This document shows positions 1-9,034 of a DNA stretch of 38,028 bases, in pieces (position 1 is the stretch's first letter; each line of letters opens with the position of its first letter). The DNA lies in IMG/VR virus record IMGVR_UViG_3300012668_000254, positions 1-38,028 of that record; one strand, 5' to 3'. The position numbers and the translations under genes are program-made. Under the pieces are notes generated by a model, which was not told the origin of the DNA, ran no database searches, and saw only the letters and a list, made by a program, of their open reading frames with translations. The stretch is from a virus.

Positions 1-77
1 CGCTCCTAATTTCAATTTTCCCAATGCTTTATTAAATGTTCAAGTCACAAGACAAAGAACAACTTCATCTGCTGGAA
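1..77. repeat. 77-nt terminal direct repeat, identical to 37952..38028; contig is circular or circularly permuted
   Basis: Read directly: bases 1-77 (cgctcctaatttc...catctgctggaa) recur exactly at 37952-38028. An ORF reads through the junction without interruption. Confidence 0.95.
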
Positions 78-187
78 GTTCTTTTTCATATTGGGTAGAT
101 AATACAACAACTTCTCGAACAGGATTTAATATTATAAATGGTGATGCTCATACATATGGTTATTATTGGTTCGCAATAGGTAATTAA
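1..187 (+). CDS. 3' part of the tail-fibre-like gene that starts at 37536 and wraps across the contig junction
   Basis: The frame opened at ATG 37536 continues through the 77-nt overlap; codons start at position 2 here. It ends at TAA 185-187 (...HTYGYYWFAIGN*). The combined product is about 200 aa. Confidence 0.8.
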   Translation, partial: APNFNFPNALLNVQVTRQRTTSSAGSSFSYWVDNTTTSRTGFNIINGDAHTYGYYWFAIGN

Positions 188-190
188 ATT

Positions 191-2911
191 ATGACAAAAT
201 TACTTCTCGGTGCTTTAGATAAAGGTTTACGTACAGATGTTACAGCTTTTAACATCGAAAATGAATCTTTTGCTAAACTTGTCAATGCTTATCAATGGCG
301 TGCAAGAATCAAACGTAAACGAGGTACAGCTCTACTTGGAAGATTAAATCGACAAATAAGTGCTTCTATTGTTTTAACTCTTAATGGCGGAACAGAAGCA
401 ATCTTACCAAATTTTCCCCTCGTTTTGGGCTCGATAAATCTCATAGGATCAGTTGACGGCACAACATATACTGATCCTTTGATGAATGGTACTTTAACTG
501 CGATAGGTGGTACAGGAACAGGAGGAACGATAAATTATTCCACTGGATTAATTCATATAAATTTAGGTGCAGGCGAAACATTAACAGGAACAATATTTTA
601 TTATCCAAATCTTCCTGTAATGGGTTTAGAAGATTTAGAATTAATTCCTTCCCAATTTCCAGGTACATTAGCTTTTGATACAAAATATTCTTATGATATA
701 GCTACAGCTAATCCTTATCCTATTACAGATGTTACTTTCTATAAAAATCCTGCATCTGGAACTTATCCAGGTTATATAGCAAAAACAACTTTAACACCTT
801 TCACTTGGAATGGACAAAACTACCAGCAATTTTGGTCTATAAATTCCCAAGGTGCTTTATTTGTAACTAATGGTATCACAATACCATTTACTACAACAAA
901 TATAGGTATGCAATTCAAGAAGATTACAGGAATTGCTATTAATTCTGCTGGTCCTCCAGCAATTGCAATGATAACAATTGCGGCTCATGGTTTAGTTATA
1001 GGTGATTTTGTTTTCATAAACGAAGTTTTGGGAATAACAGGAATAAACTTTCAGACTGGTTATGTTATCGCAGTTCCAAACTCAAATCAAATTCAAGTTG
1101 AATTCCCAAATGCAACTCTTGCAGGAGTATATTCTGCTAATACAGGAATAGCCCAATACCTAACAAATACGGCAGATGCAACGCGTGACCCCATAAGATT
1201 CTATGATGGTAGACCACAAGATGGAGGTCTTGGATGGGTTAATTTCTCACCCCCTTTATCACAACGTATATTTTCTGTCGCTGAATTACCACCGGCACAA
1301 TATTATCTAGTAGGTGCAAGAATAATAGCAGATTTTAAAGATCGTATTTTATTTTTAGGGTGTGTGGTTGAAAATTCAGGAGGGGGAATATTTTATCTAC
1401 CTGATACAATTATTTATAGTCAAAATGGTACGCCTTACTATACCGCATCATTTACAGGTGCTGTGGATTCTTCAGCAACTGTTTTCACTCCTATTTTAGT
1501 TCCAAACAATCAAACAGCAACAGCTCCAGCATGGTTTGAAGATGATACAGGTTTTGGCGGTTTTATATCTGCTGGTGTATCCCAACCTTTAACTACAGTT
1601 TCTTCCAATGAAGATGTACTGATTGTAGGGTTCTCTACATCAAAAGCTCGTCTTGTTTATCAAGGTAATGATCTAGTTCCGTTCTTATTTTACTTTATCA
1701 ATAGTGAACTTGGTGATGCTTCTACTTTTAGCATTATCGATATGGATAAAGGTTGTATATCACGAGGTACAAGAGGATATATAGTTACAAGCCAAAATCA
1801 GACTCAAAGAATTGATCTTGCTATTCCTGATCAAGTGTTCCAAATTGATCTTACAGATAATGGAAATGAACGTTTTACAGCGACTAGAAACTTCATTCAA
1901 GAATGGATATATTTCACTTATTGTGCTAATAATGATGCTGAGGGTATTTCAAATACAGCAATATTTCCTAATCAATCATTGTTTTATAATTATAGAGATA
2001 ACTCATGGGCTATATTCAATGAATCTTATACTACCTATGGTCAGTTCAGAAAACAAACAGGATTTACATGGCAAACAGTCGGTTTAATTTATAAAACATG
2101 GGAACAATGGAATGATGCTTGGAATGCAGGTACATCGACATTATTGCAAGAATTGACAATAGCTGGTAATCAACAAGGATTTGTGATTATTAAGGATGTT
2201 GGTACAAGTGAAGCAACTTCTCTATATATCACCTCTTTTTCTAATGGCACAAATGTTGTGACATCCCCTGATCATAATCTTAACAATAATGACTATATTA
2301 TCATATCTGGAGCATTAGGAACGGTTGGAGCATTAGTAAATGGAAAAATCTTTCAAGTTTTTAATGCTACAAGAAATACATTTATGCTTAAAGATGATCC
2401 AGGAATAACTACAGAAACATATCTTGGTGATGGTTTAATTACTGTTGCTTATGTTCCTTTCATACAAACTAAGCAATTTCCTATGGCATGGGAGATGGCA
2501 AGAAAAACAAGAATTGGTGTACAACAATATTTATTTACTAGAACAGATGATGCACAAGTAACTTTACAAATATATTTGAGTCAAAATGCTAATTTTAATT
2601 ATAGTTCTCCTTCTCTTCCTGTTACTTCGGATTCTAACGATGCGTTAATATACTCTCAAGTACTCTATACATGCCCTGAAAGCACAAATTTAGGTTTAAC
2701 TCCAGCTAATATAAATTTAAATACTCCAACGGCTGGACAACAAGCACAAATATGGCATAGAATGAATACAAGTCTTATTGGTGATACAGTACAAATAGGT
2801 ATTACATTATCAGATGCTCAAATGAGAGATTTGACTATTGGAAATGCTTTTGCTGAAATCGAGTTTCATGGAGCTATATTAGATTTATCAAGTAGCCAAC
2901 TTTTGTGTTGA
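191..2911 (+). CDS. Large virion or tail protein, 906 aa (nozzle or tail-tubular-B-like candidate), with two E1-FCCH-like small beta domains
   Basis: Long uninterrupted ORF in the structural block. Repeated motif xITxIxxxxPxxxxTxxxHxLxxGDxVxI (ITIAAHGLVIGDFVFINEV; VVTSPDHNLNNNDYIIISG), typical of phage tail and decoration proteins. Confidence 0.75.
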   Translation: MTKLLLGALDKGLRTDVTAFNIENESFAKLVNAYQWRARIKRKRGTALLGRLNRQISASIVLTLNGGTEAILPNFPLVLGSINLIGSVDGTTYTDPLMNGTLTAIGGTGTGGTINYSTGLIHINLGAGETLTGTIFYYPNLPVMGLEDLELIPSQFPGTLAFDTKYSYDIATANPYPITDVTFYKNPASGTYPGYIAKTTLTPFTWNGQNYQQFWSINSQGALFVTNGITIPFTTTNIGMQFKKITGIAINSAGPPAIAMITIAAHGLVIGDFVFINEVLGITGINFQTGYVIAVPNSNQIQVEFPNATLAGVYSANTGIAQYLTNTADATRDPIRFYDGRPQDGGLGWVNFSPPLSQRIFSVAELPPAQYYLVGARIIADFKDRILFLGCVVENSGGGIFYLPDTIIYSQNGTPYYTASFTGAVDSSATVFTPILVPNNQTATAPAWFEDDTGFGGFISAGVSQPLTTVSSNEDVLIVGFSTSKARLVYQGNDLVPFLFYFINSELGDASTFSIIDMDKGCISRGTRGYIVTSQNQTQRIDLAIPDQVFQIDLTDNGNERFTATRNFIQEWIYFTYCANNDAEGISNTAIFPNQSLFYNYRDNSWAIFNESYTTYGQFRKQTGFTWQTVGLIYKTWEQWNDAWNAGTSTLLQELTIAGNQQGFVIIKDVGTSEATSLYITSFSNGTNVVTSPDHNLNNNDYIIISGALGTVGALVNGKIFQVFNATRNTFMLKDDPGITTETYLGDGLITVAYVPFIQTKQFPMAWEMARKTRIGVQQYLFTRTDDAQVTLQIYLSQNANFNYSSPSLPVTSDSNDALIYSQVLYTCPESTNLGLTPANINLNTPTAGQQAQIWHRMNTSLIGDTVQIGITLSDAQMRDLTIGNAFAEIEFHGAILDLSSSQLLC

Positions 2912-2912
2912 T

Positions 2913-2947
2913 GTTAATCCATACACACTTATACAATATGGATTAAC
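2913..2947 (+). promoter_or_regulatory. Perfect 11-bp stem-loop immediately upstream of the HNH gene RBS
   Basis: gttaatccata / 13-nt loop / tatggattaac. No T-run follows, and GAGGA plus ATG 2959 come next. A TTGATG-18nt-TACAAT promoter-like pair overlaps the 5' arm and loop. Confidence 0.5.
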
Positions 2948-2958
2948 ATTGAGGATGT

Positions 2959-3555
2959 ATGGGAAAAAAAGTAAATTTTGAAAGTAAAGAATACCTTGAA
3001 AATAGAATAAAAAGTTTTTATGAAAAAATAAAAGTTGATAAAAATGGTTGTTGGTTGTGGCTCGGCGCAAATAACCAAAAATATGGAATAATAAGAATAA
3101 GAAAAACAAATATGGGTGCTCATAGGTTTTCTTATGAATATATAAAAAAAGAATCTATTGGTGATAAATTTGTCTGTCATAAATGTGATAATCCAATTTG
3201 TGTTAATCCTGATCATTTATTTTTAGGAACTCATAAAGACAACATGAAAGACGCTGTTGCAAAAAAAAGAATGGCATTTGGTGAGAAAGTTCATGGTAAT
3301 AGATTAAAAGAAAAAGAAATTAGAGAAATTCAAAGATTGATTAAAATAGGATTAAGTCAATCTCAAATTGCTAAAATATTTGATATTGAACAAACTAATA
3401 TTTCTCATATCAATTTAAATAGAAATTGGAAAAATTCAGAAAAATTAGAATATGATAGTGACATTTTAATTAAATGTATGATTTCTTTTTTTGGAGAGAT
3501 GGAAACTTATAAATTACTTCTTTTTTATGATAAAATGGTAAAAAGTTTAAAATAA
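2959..3555 (+). CDS. Free-standing HNH homing endonuclease (HNH_3 type with C-terminal HTH)
   Basis: NGCWLWLG...GAHRFSYE...CHKCDNPICVNPDHLFLGTHKDNMKD motif, then LSQSQIAKIFDIEQTNISHI (HTH). Inserted between two structural genes. Confidence 0.9.
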   Translation: MGKKVNFESKEYLENRIKSFYEKIKVDKNGCWLWLGANNQKYGIIRIRKTNMGAHRFSYEYIKKESIGDKFVCHKCDNPICVNPDHLFLGTHKDNMKDAVAKKRMAFGEKVHGNRLKEKEIREIQRLIKIGLSQSQIAKIFDIEQTNISHINLNRNWKNSEKLEYDSDILIKCMISFFGEMETYKLLLFYDKMVKSLK

Positions 3556-3556
3556 T

Positions 3557-4057
3557 ATGTTCAATATAGTCAATACAGTTCCTTTCTTAAAGACTTCAAG
3601 GAATTTTCCAGAAGATGCCGAGAATTTATCTACTGAACTTGATAAAACATACATAGAAATTGCACAAGCAGTAAATCTTAGAATCATTGGCATATTTTCA
3701 ATCAATCGTCCAAGTATTACTGGTGAATCGTGGTTTCTAACATCTTCTAGACAACAAACATTAAGACAAGTTTATTTAGTCCCAGGTGGAATAATTACTG
3801 GATCGACAATAGATTTAGGTTTTAAGATCATCAATATTTCACAATTTAGTCCTAAATGTTATGGAACTTTTACTAATGGAACAGATTGGTATGGATTAAT
3901 TTTTGGGAGCAATGTTTTAATTCCAGGTCAAATTTCATTTTTTCTTCATGTTAACGCAGGAAATCCACTCTCTGATCAAATTGTTTTTGAGGTTGATGGT
4001 TCATCACCAGCGATTACATCAGGAACCGTGTTAATTGAATGGATTAGTGATGTTTAA
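3557..4057 (+). CDS. Virion structural protein (hypothetical)
   Basis: ORF tightly packed after the HNH stop and lying in the structural block. No recognisable catalytic motif. Confidence 0.6.
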   Translation: MFNIVNTVPFLKTSRNFPEDAENLSTELDKTYIEIAQAVNLRIIGIFSINRPSITGESWFLTSSRQQTLRQVYLVPGGIITGSTIDLGFKIINISQFSPKCYGTFTNGTDWYGLIFGSNVLIPGQISFFLHVNAGNPLSDQIVFEVDGSSPAITSGTVLIEWISDV

Positions 4058-4089
4058 TATGATACATTAATTTTTAAACGAGGTAAATT

Positions 4090-4719
4090 ATGGCATCATC
4101 ACTATATGGCGGTCAAGGCGCTTCTCCTTCTGGTCAAACTGGAATGAACACTTCTACAGGATTTTATAAAGAAAAAATTCCTAAAGGTTATGGTAAATTT
4201 AAAGTAGAACAATTCTCACCTGAGCAAATGGATCTTTATAAAAATAGTTTTGGGAATGTAGGACAAGACAGTTATTTATCAAAACTTGCTGGTGGTGATC
4301 AAGAAATGTTTGATCAAATAGAAGCACCTGCTCTTAGACAATTTAATCAACTTCAAGGTAATACAGCGTCAAGATTCTCTGGAATGGGATCAGGAGCAAG
4401 ACGCAGTAGTGGTTTTCAAAATGAAATGGGTCAACAATCATCTAATTTTGCACAGCAACTGCAAGCTCAACGTCAAGGACTCCAACAAAATGCTTTAAGA
4501 GATCTTCATACCATGTCTATGGAACTTCTAAATCAAAGACCATATGAAACCGGTTTATATGAAAAACCTCAAGGAACAGATTGGGGCCAAGTTATTGGAT
4601 CTTTTGGAGGTATGATTCCAGGAATGGCATCAGCTGCTTTTGGAAAAGGAAGTTTTGGAGGAGCTATAAATGGTGGAGCACAAGTAGCAAAAGCGATACC
4701 AGGATTTGGGAGGGTATAA
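4090..4719 (+). CDS. Gly/Gln/Ser-rich virion protein (internal or ejection protein candidate)
   Basis: GAGG RBS 6 nt upstream. Low-complexity G/Q/S-rich composition. Positioned before two large coiled-coil proteins, as in podovirus core-protein blocks. Confidence 0.65.
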   Translation: MASSLYGGQGASPSGQTGMNTSTGFYKEKIPKGYGKFKVEQFSPEQMDLYKNSFGNVGQDSYLSKLAGGDQEMFDQIEAPALRQFNQLQGNTASRFSGMGSGARRSSGFQNEMGQQSSNFAQQLQAQRQGLQQNALRDLHTMSMELLNQRPYETGLYEKPQGTDWGQVIGSFGGMIPGMASAAFGKGSFGGAINGGAQVAKAIPGFGRV

Positions 4720-5954
4720 TGGTTCAAGTATTAAAAAATAATCGTGGTCCATCATTTGGTGAACAATTTAGTTCAACTATTAATTCTATAGTTCCAACTA
4801 TTCAGCAACATATGAAGCAAGGTGATCAAAGACAAGCTATTGAAAAAATGGGGTTAGATCCATCAGTATTGCAACTTCCAGAACAAGCACAGGCAGAATA
4901 TTTCAAAAATGCTTTCAATCAATCAGGTGCAAATAAATCAAAAGAAATGGCCGATAAATTAGCATCAGATAGAAGACAACTTTATGGAGTTGGTAAATCT
5001 AGAGGTATGCAAGGAGATAAATTAGAAGAATTTGTTGATACTTATCAAGGTAATGTAAATTTAGGTGAGAAAGTTACGAAGCCTATTAAAGAAAATAAAC
5101 CTGCTCTTACAGAAAAAGAAGTTCCTACAAATATTTCTAGAAATATAAAAAAAATTCTCGCTGATAATCCAAAATCCACATCGGATGAATTAAGAATAGC
5201 AATGGATGAAGCAGGTATACCTCCAGTTTATTCGAATCCTTACACAGAAAATAGACGTCGTACCGAAGAAACATTAGGTAAACAAGAACAAGAAAAAACA
5301 AAAGAACTAAGACACGAGACATTACCTGTAAGACAAGAAATAGCAAAACGAGCATCATCAGCTGAAAAAGGAATTCAAAATAAAGAAGAACTTTTACAAA
5401 TAATAGAAAAAGGTAATATTGATGATCCTACATTTGCAGCCCTTGCAGAAGCATTACCAATGAAATTAGGTAAAAGACTGCTTTCTAATGATACAGTAGA
5501 ATATAAAGCAGGGCTAGTAGAAGAATTTGGAGATCTTAGAAATATATTTCAAGGCCAAACAAGAGTTAAAGAAATTGAATTATTAGAAGAAAAAATTGCA
5601 GATTTATATTTGACAGATGATCAAAAAAAGGCAATTCTGCGATCTAGAATAAATGCATTGAGAGCAGATATTATTAGAGCTGATGTTGCTGAAGAATTAG
5701 AAAATGAACCCTTAGGTATTCTTCAATTTGGAAATGAACTTGAAAAACGTGCAAAACCAAAATTACAGGCACTTTTTAATCAAATTTTAGATGAACAAAA
5801 ATCCATTATAGAAAATGCAGAGAATAGAAAGAAAATCCCACTAGATTTTAATGATCCTGATGATAAAAAAATTGCGGAATCAATTCTAAAAGAAGCAGGT
5901 GGAAATAGAAATGCTGCCAGAGAATTAGCTAAGAAAAAAGGGTATGTACTTTAA
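4719..5954 (+). CDS. Coiled-coil internal virion protein candidate (about 411 aa)
   Basis: The ATG overlaps the upstream stop (TAATG) at 4719, so the longer track ORF from 4581 is probably an out-of-gene extension. Lys/Glu-rich helical sequence. Confidence 0.65.
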   Translation: MVQVLKNNRGPSFGEQFSSTINSIVPTIQQHMKQGDQRQAIEKMGLDPSVLQLPEQAQAEYFKNAFNQSGANKSKEMADKLASDRRQLYGVGKSRGMQGDKLEEFVDTYQGNVNLGEKVTKPIKENKPALTEKEVPTNISRNIKKILADNPKSTSDELRIAMDEAGIPPVYSNPYTENRRRTEETLGKQEQEKTKELRHETLPVRQEIAKRASSAEKGIQNKEELLQIIEKGNIDDPTFAALAEALPMKLGKRLLSNDTVEYKAGLVEEFGDLRNIFQGQTRVKEIELLEEKIADLYLTDDQKKAILRSRINALRADIIRADVAEELENEPLGILQFGNELEKRAKPKLQALFNQILDEQKSIIENAENRKKIPLDFNDPDDKKIAESILKEAGGNRNAARELAKKKGYVL

Positions 5955-7621
5955 TGGTTGCCGATATATTTGATCAAATTGATAGCGATTTGCCCCCCCA
6001 ACAGATAAAAAAATCTGGTGGAGATGTATTTGATCAAATTAAAGAACCAGAAGAAGGTTGGGGAAAATGGGCTGCAAGAACTGCATTACAAGTTCCTCAA
6101 GGTATAGCAGAAGCTACACCAGCAGGTATTGGAGCAAGTATATTTCAATTATTGGCATTGGGTGAATCAGATTTAGATCCAGAGGAATGGAATAAACTTA
6201 GAGGAATGTATGCAGAAAAAGGAATAGATTTTGATGAAGCATATGAAAAAGGTCGTCAAGAAATGCTTCAATCTATTCCTACAATTGGGAATATAGCAAA
6301 AAAAGTTGAAGAAGAAACAGGTTTACCTTTAGAACCAAAAACAGCACTCCAAAAAGGATTAAGATTAGGTTCTTCTGCTTCTAAATTTACTTCAGGTTCT
6401 ACATCTCAAAAAGCTATCGCTGGAGTAACTGCTCCTTTAACATCTAAAGCATTACAAGAAGCAGGAGTACCAGAACCTATTTCTGATGTAATTGGTCTTG
6501 GAATCGGAACTGGAATTGGTCAAAAATCACCAGCAATTTCTATTGGAAAACAAACCAAAGAATCTGGAATATCTAAACGTGGATTTGAAAGTTTAGAAAA
6601 ACCACGCGAAGTTTCACAAAGTAAAATTAATAAAATAAATGATAAAATACAATCTGATTTTAAAGAAATTTCTAATAAAATAATTGAAGATAGTTCTATA
6701 GGTTCAACTGCTAAAGAATTAGCTAAAAATCCATCCTTTAAACAAGAATCAAGAGAACTTTTAAGTGAAGCTAAAAATATTGCTGACACTATTAAAGAAA
6801 CTACACCAGTCAAGTCGATGAAAAAAGAAATCATGGACTATTCAAAAAAAGAGACTAAAGGATTTATTGAGAGTGAATATGATAAATCTTATTCAAAATA
6901 TATGAATGATGCTTCAAAAGATTTAAAAGGCAATGATATAACTGCTTCTCAACTCGTTGATCAATACAGAAAGAACAACTCTGCTTTAAGTGAATATTTT
7001 GAACCTGGAGCTTCTAAAGCATTAAATAGAGCTAAACGTGATGCATTATTAGATCAAAACAAAGTAATAGCAAATGTCTTAGAGAAATCCTATCCTGAAT
7101 CTGAACTTTCACCTGTTTTTAAACAAGGAAATGAAAGATGGACAAAAATAATGGATGCAGAAGCAGTGGATGGATTTGTAAATGAAATGTTTAAAGATGG
7201 TGTTAATTATAAAAAGATGCACGATTTCTTTGATAAAAATGGATATGATAGAGTCTTCAAAAGAGCATTAGGAGAAAAAGGATATAAAGATTTTGAAATT
7301 CTAATGAAAGATATGCTATCTAATGAAGCTCCTTATAAAATGCTGAAGGTAGCTAAAAATAAAGGATATGAAAACTTATTTAGCACTGGAATGAGTTATA
7401 TTCTTCATCCAAAACTTGGAATTGCTAAATCTGGCTGGGATCTAAGTAAGTCTGGATTTAAAGCACTACTTAATTATACGTTAGATAAACCAAAATTAAT
7501 AATAGAATGGAAGAGTGCTATTGACACTCTTAAAAAGGGTGACTTTAAAAAAGCAGAAACAAAATTTGAAGCTTTAAAAAAATTTAATGAACACAAAGAA
7601 AAACAAATTATGAATCCGTAA
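5954..7621 (+). CDS. Large internal virion protein candidate (555 aa)
   Basis: The ATG overlaps the upstream stop (TTTAATG). Long ORF and the last gene of the rightward structural block. Confidence 0.65.
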   Translation: MVADIFDQIDSDLPPQQIKKSGGDVFDQIKEPEEGWGKWAARTALQVPQGIAEATPAGIGASIFQLLALGESDLDPEEWNKLRGMYAEKGIDFDEAYEKGRQEMLQSIPTIGNIAKKVEEETGLPLEPKTALQKGLRLGSSASKFTSGSTSQKAIAGVTAPLTSKALQEAGVPEPISDVIGLGIGTGIGQKSPAISIGKQTKESGISKRGFESLEKPREVSQSKINKINDKIQSDFKEISNKIIEDSSIGSTAKELAKNPSFKQESRELLSEAKNIADTIKETTPVKSMKKEIMDYSKKETKGFIESEYDKSYSKYMNDASKDLKGNDITASQLVDQYRKNNSALSEYFEPGASKALNRAKRDALLDQNKVIANVLEKSYPESELSPVFKQGNERWTKIMDAEAVDGFVNEMFKDGVNYKKMHDFFDKNGYDRVFKRALGEKGYKDFEILMKDMLSNEAPYKMLKVAKNKGYENLFSTGMSYILHPKLGIAKSGWDLSKSGFKALLNYTLDKPKLIIEWKSAIDTLKKGDFKKAETKFEALKKFNEHKEKQIMNP

Positions 7622-7694
7622 AAGTCCCAATAACTACAAGCACCCAAAAAGCTATTTTAACAAAAAAAAAGCATCCAATTATTACTGTCGCCAT
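7608..7694 (-). CDS. Tiny hydrophobic peptide (28 aa, MATVIIGCFFFVKIAFWVLVVIGTFTDS), speculative
   Basis: AAGGA RBS 6 nt upstream of the ATG. One TM-length hydrophobic stretch. Last ORF of the leftward membrane cassette; overlaps the 3' end of the convergent gene. Confidence 0.25.
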   Translation of the reverse strand: MATVIIGCFFFVKIAFWVLVVIGTFTDS

Positions 7695-7706
7695 TATTAT
7701 TCCTTC

Positions 7707-7772
7707 TTAATCAACATTAAAAGCTATAAATGTAAGTATCATTGAAGCAAAAAAAACTAATATTAAACGCAT
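7707..7772 (-). CDS. Tiny hydrophobic peptide (21 aa, MRLILVFFASMILTFIAFNVD), speculative
   Basis: The ATG sits 1 nt after the upstream stop (TAAGATG). Entirely hydrophobic. Confidence 0.25.
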   Translation of the reverse strand: MRLILVFFASMILTFIAFNVD

Positions 7773-7773
7773 C

Positions 7774-7950
7774 TTATTTTTTTCCTACTTTGACCAATTC
7801 GATAAACATTTCATATAATTTATCCGTTCTTAATGCTTGTGCGCGAATTTCTTCTCTTGCACTTCTTATATCTGCTAAAGATTCCCTATGAATATAATAA
7901 GCCGATCCTATAACTGTTGCCATAATTGATGATGTTTGTATCCAGTCCAT
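7774..7950 (-). CDS. Small N-terminal-TM protein; divergent member of the holin-like (BhlA/UviB-type architecture) family
   Basis: Start taken at MDWIQTSSIMATVIGSAYY, immediately after the upstream stop. TM helix followed by a charged helix. Lacks the DFHGRLC motif. Confidence 0.55.
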   Translation of the reverse strand: MDWIQTSSIMATVIGSAYYIHRESLADIRSAREEIRAQALRTDKLYEMFIELVKVGKK

Positions 7951-7951
7951 C

Positions 7952-8167
7952 TTATTTCCCTTTACTTCTTTCTTCAATTTTACAGAGACGCCCATGAAAT
8001 GCACGAGAATCTTTTAAGATCTCTCTATTCCAACCCCTTATTTCAATTTCAAAAGCCTTTATATCTGATCTAATCCAAGAAATTAACCCAACCATTAGTG
8101 CTATTTGAATACTTGCTATAGCTGCAATTGCAGAAATCAAACCCCAATCCAAATTATTCATTTTCAT
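7952..8167 (-). CDS. Small N-terminal-TM protein with C-terminal FHGRLCKIEERSKGK motif (family member 3)
   Basis: TM helix LISAIAAIASIQIALMVGLISW, then ...SRAFHGRLCKIEERSKGK. The ATG abuts the upstream TAA. Confidence 0.7.
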   Translation of the reverse strand: MKMNNLDWGLISAIAAIASIQIALMVGLISWIRSDIKAFEIEIRGWNREILKDSRAFHGRLCKIEERSKGK

Positions 8168-8401
8168 TTATTCCTTTTTTATACATTTACAATCTGGATC
8201 ATGCAAAATATTATCCCCAGCTGAATTCCAAGTATTTCTTAAAAAAATATAAGAATGATCTTCAAATTCTATTTTATATAAATATCTACAAGGTGCTATC
8301 TTTTTAAAATCTACTTTGTCATATTCTGAATCTTCACTCTTGCAAGCTACAAAAAAAACCATCACACCAAATAAAAACATACCAAATAAGAAATCATTCA
8401 T
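8168..8401 (-). CDS. Probable small lipoprotein (o-spanin-like or exclusion-like), Cys-rich
   Basis: Start taken at MNDFLFGMFLFGVMVFFVAC (signal peptide plus lipobox-like FVAC), with further Cys residues (PCRY, DPDCKC). The MEDYV... N-terminal extension in the track is an alternate-frame read of the upstream paralog motif. Confidence 0.55.
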   Translation of the reverse strand: MNDFLFGMFLFGVMVFFVACKSEDSEYDKVDFKKIAPCRYLYKIEFEDHSYIFLRNTWNSAGDNILHDPDCKCIKKE

Positions 8402-8594
8402 GTTTTCTATTTCTTTCCTCTGTTCTACATAATCTTCCATGGAAATCTTTCATTTCGGTTTGTATTTCTCTGATTAGAGTACAAATATCTCTTCTATCGG
8501 CATTTGCTTCTGTTCTTAGCCAAAAAAACATACCGATTGAAATAGCAGCATTTGCTAAAACTATTGTTACAACTTGAGTCCATGTATCTGTCAT
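8394..8594 (-). CDS. Small N-terminal-TM protein with C-terminal MKDFHGRLCRTEER motif (family member 2)
   Basis: AAGGA RBS. TM helix VVTIVLANAAISIGMFFWL, then EIQTEMKDFHGRLCRTEERNRKHE. Confidence 0.7.
   Translation of the reverse strand: MTDTWTQVVTIVLANAAISIGMFFWLRTEANADRRDICTLIREIQTEMKDFHGRLCRTEERNRKHE
8426..8456. repeat. 31-nt exact repeat shared with 28355..28385
   Basis: Same string read directly at both loci. Confidence 0.9.
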
Positions 8595-8606
8595 AATTTT
8601 TCCTTA

Positions 8607-8876
8607 TTATTTCTTTCCTTTACTTCTTTCTTCGATGTCGCAAAGTCTCATCTTAAATTCTATATCTTGTGTAGCAAGTTTAGTGTGAAAATCTTTCATT
8701 TCATCTTTTATGGAATTTAAGATATCTTGAGTGTTTTTTCTATGCTCATTTAAATTTTCTGAAGACTCTTTTCTATATTCATCAGATTTTCTATCACTAT
8801 AGCAAAATAAACCTATGACGGTTCCTAAATTAGCTACTGCAATAGCTACAACAGTTAGCGCTTGTTCTATTTGCAT
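8607..8876 (-). CDS. Small N-terminal-TM protein with a split MKDFH...RLCDIEERSKGKK motif (family member 1)
   Basis: AAGGA RBS. TM helix LTVVAIAVANLGTVIGLFCY. The motif is interrupted by a 12-aa insertion (TKLATQDIEFKM). Confidence 0.7.
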   Translation of the reverse strand: MQIEQALTVVAIAVANLGTVIGLFCYSDRKSDEYRKESSENLNEHRKNTQDILNSIKDEMKDFHTKLATQDIEFKMRLCDIEERSKGKK

Positions 8877-9034
8877 ATATTTTCCTTTTTTAAGAATTTA
8901 TCTTAACACACTTAGACTTAACATTCAACATAAAAGAATTTATTGTCAAACTTCATCTTTATCAATGTCCAATTCAATAAATATTCCTAATATAATTTCA
9001 GTAATAACACTCATCTATTGCCTATATTTAAATT

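Noticed and set aside
1-77. The 77-nt terminal repeat as a genuine physical direct terminal repeat of the virion DNA
   Set aside because: It is exact and as long as a standard assembler k-mer, and a gene reads through it. An assembly overlap of a circular or permuted map is the more economical explanation, and it cannot be distinguished further without reads.
8402-8440. MEDYV... N-terminal extensions on ORFs 8168-8440 and 28157-28369, which looked like a shared protein motif
   Set aside because: Both arise from reading the shared 31-nt repeat, which encodes DFHGRLC in the upstream gene, in another frame. The real starts (MNDFLF..., MNGYPY...) lie downstream.
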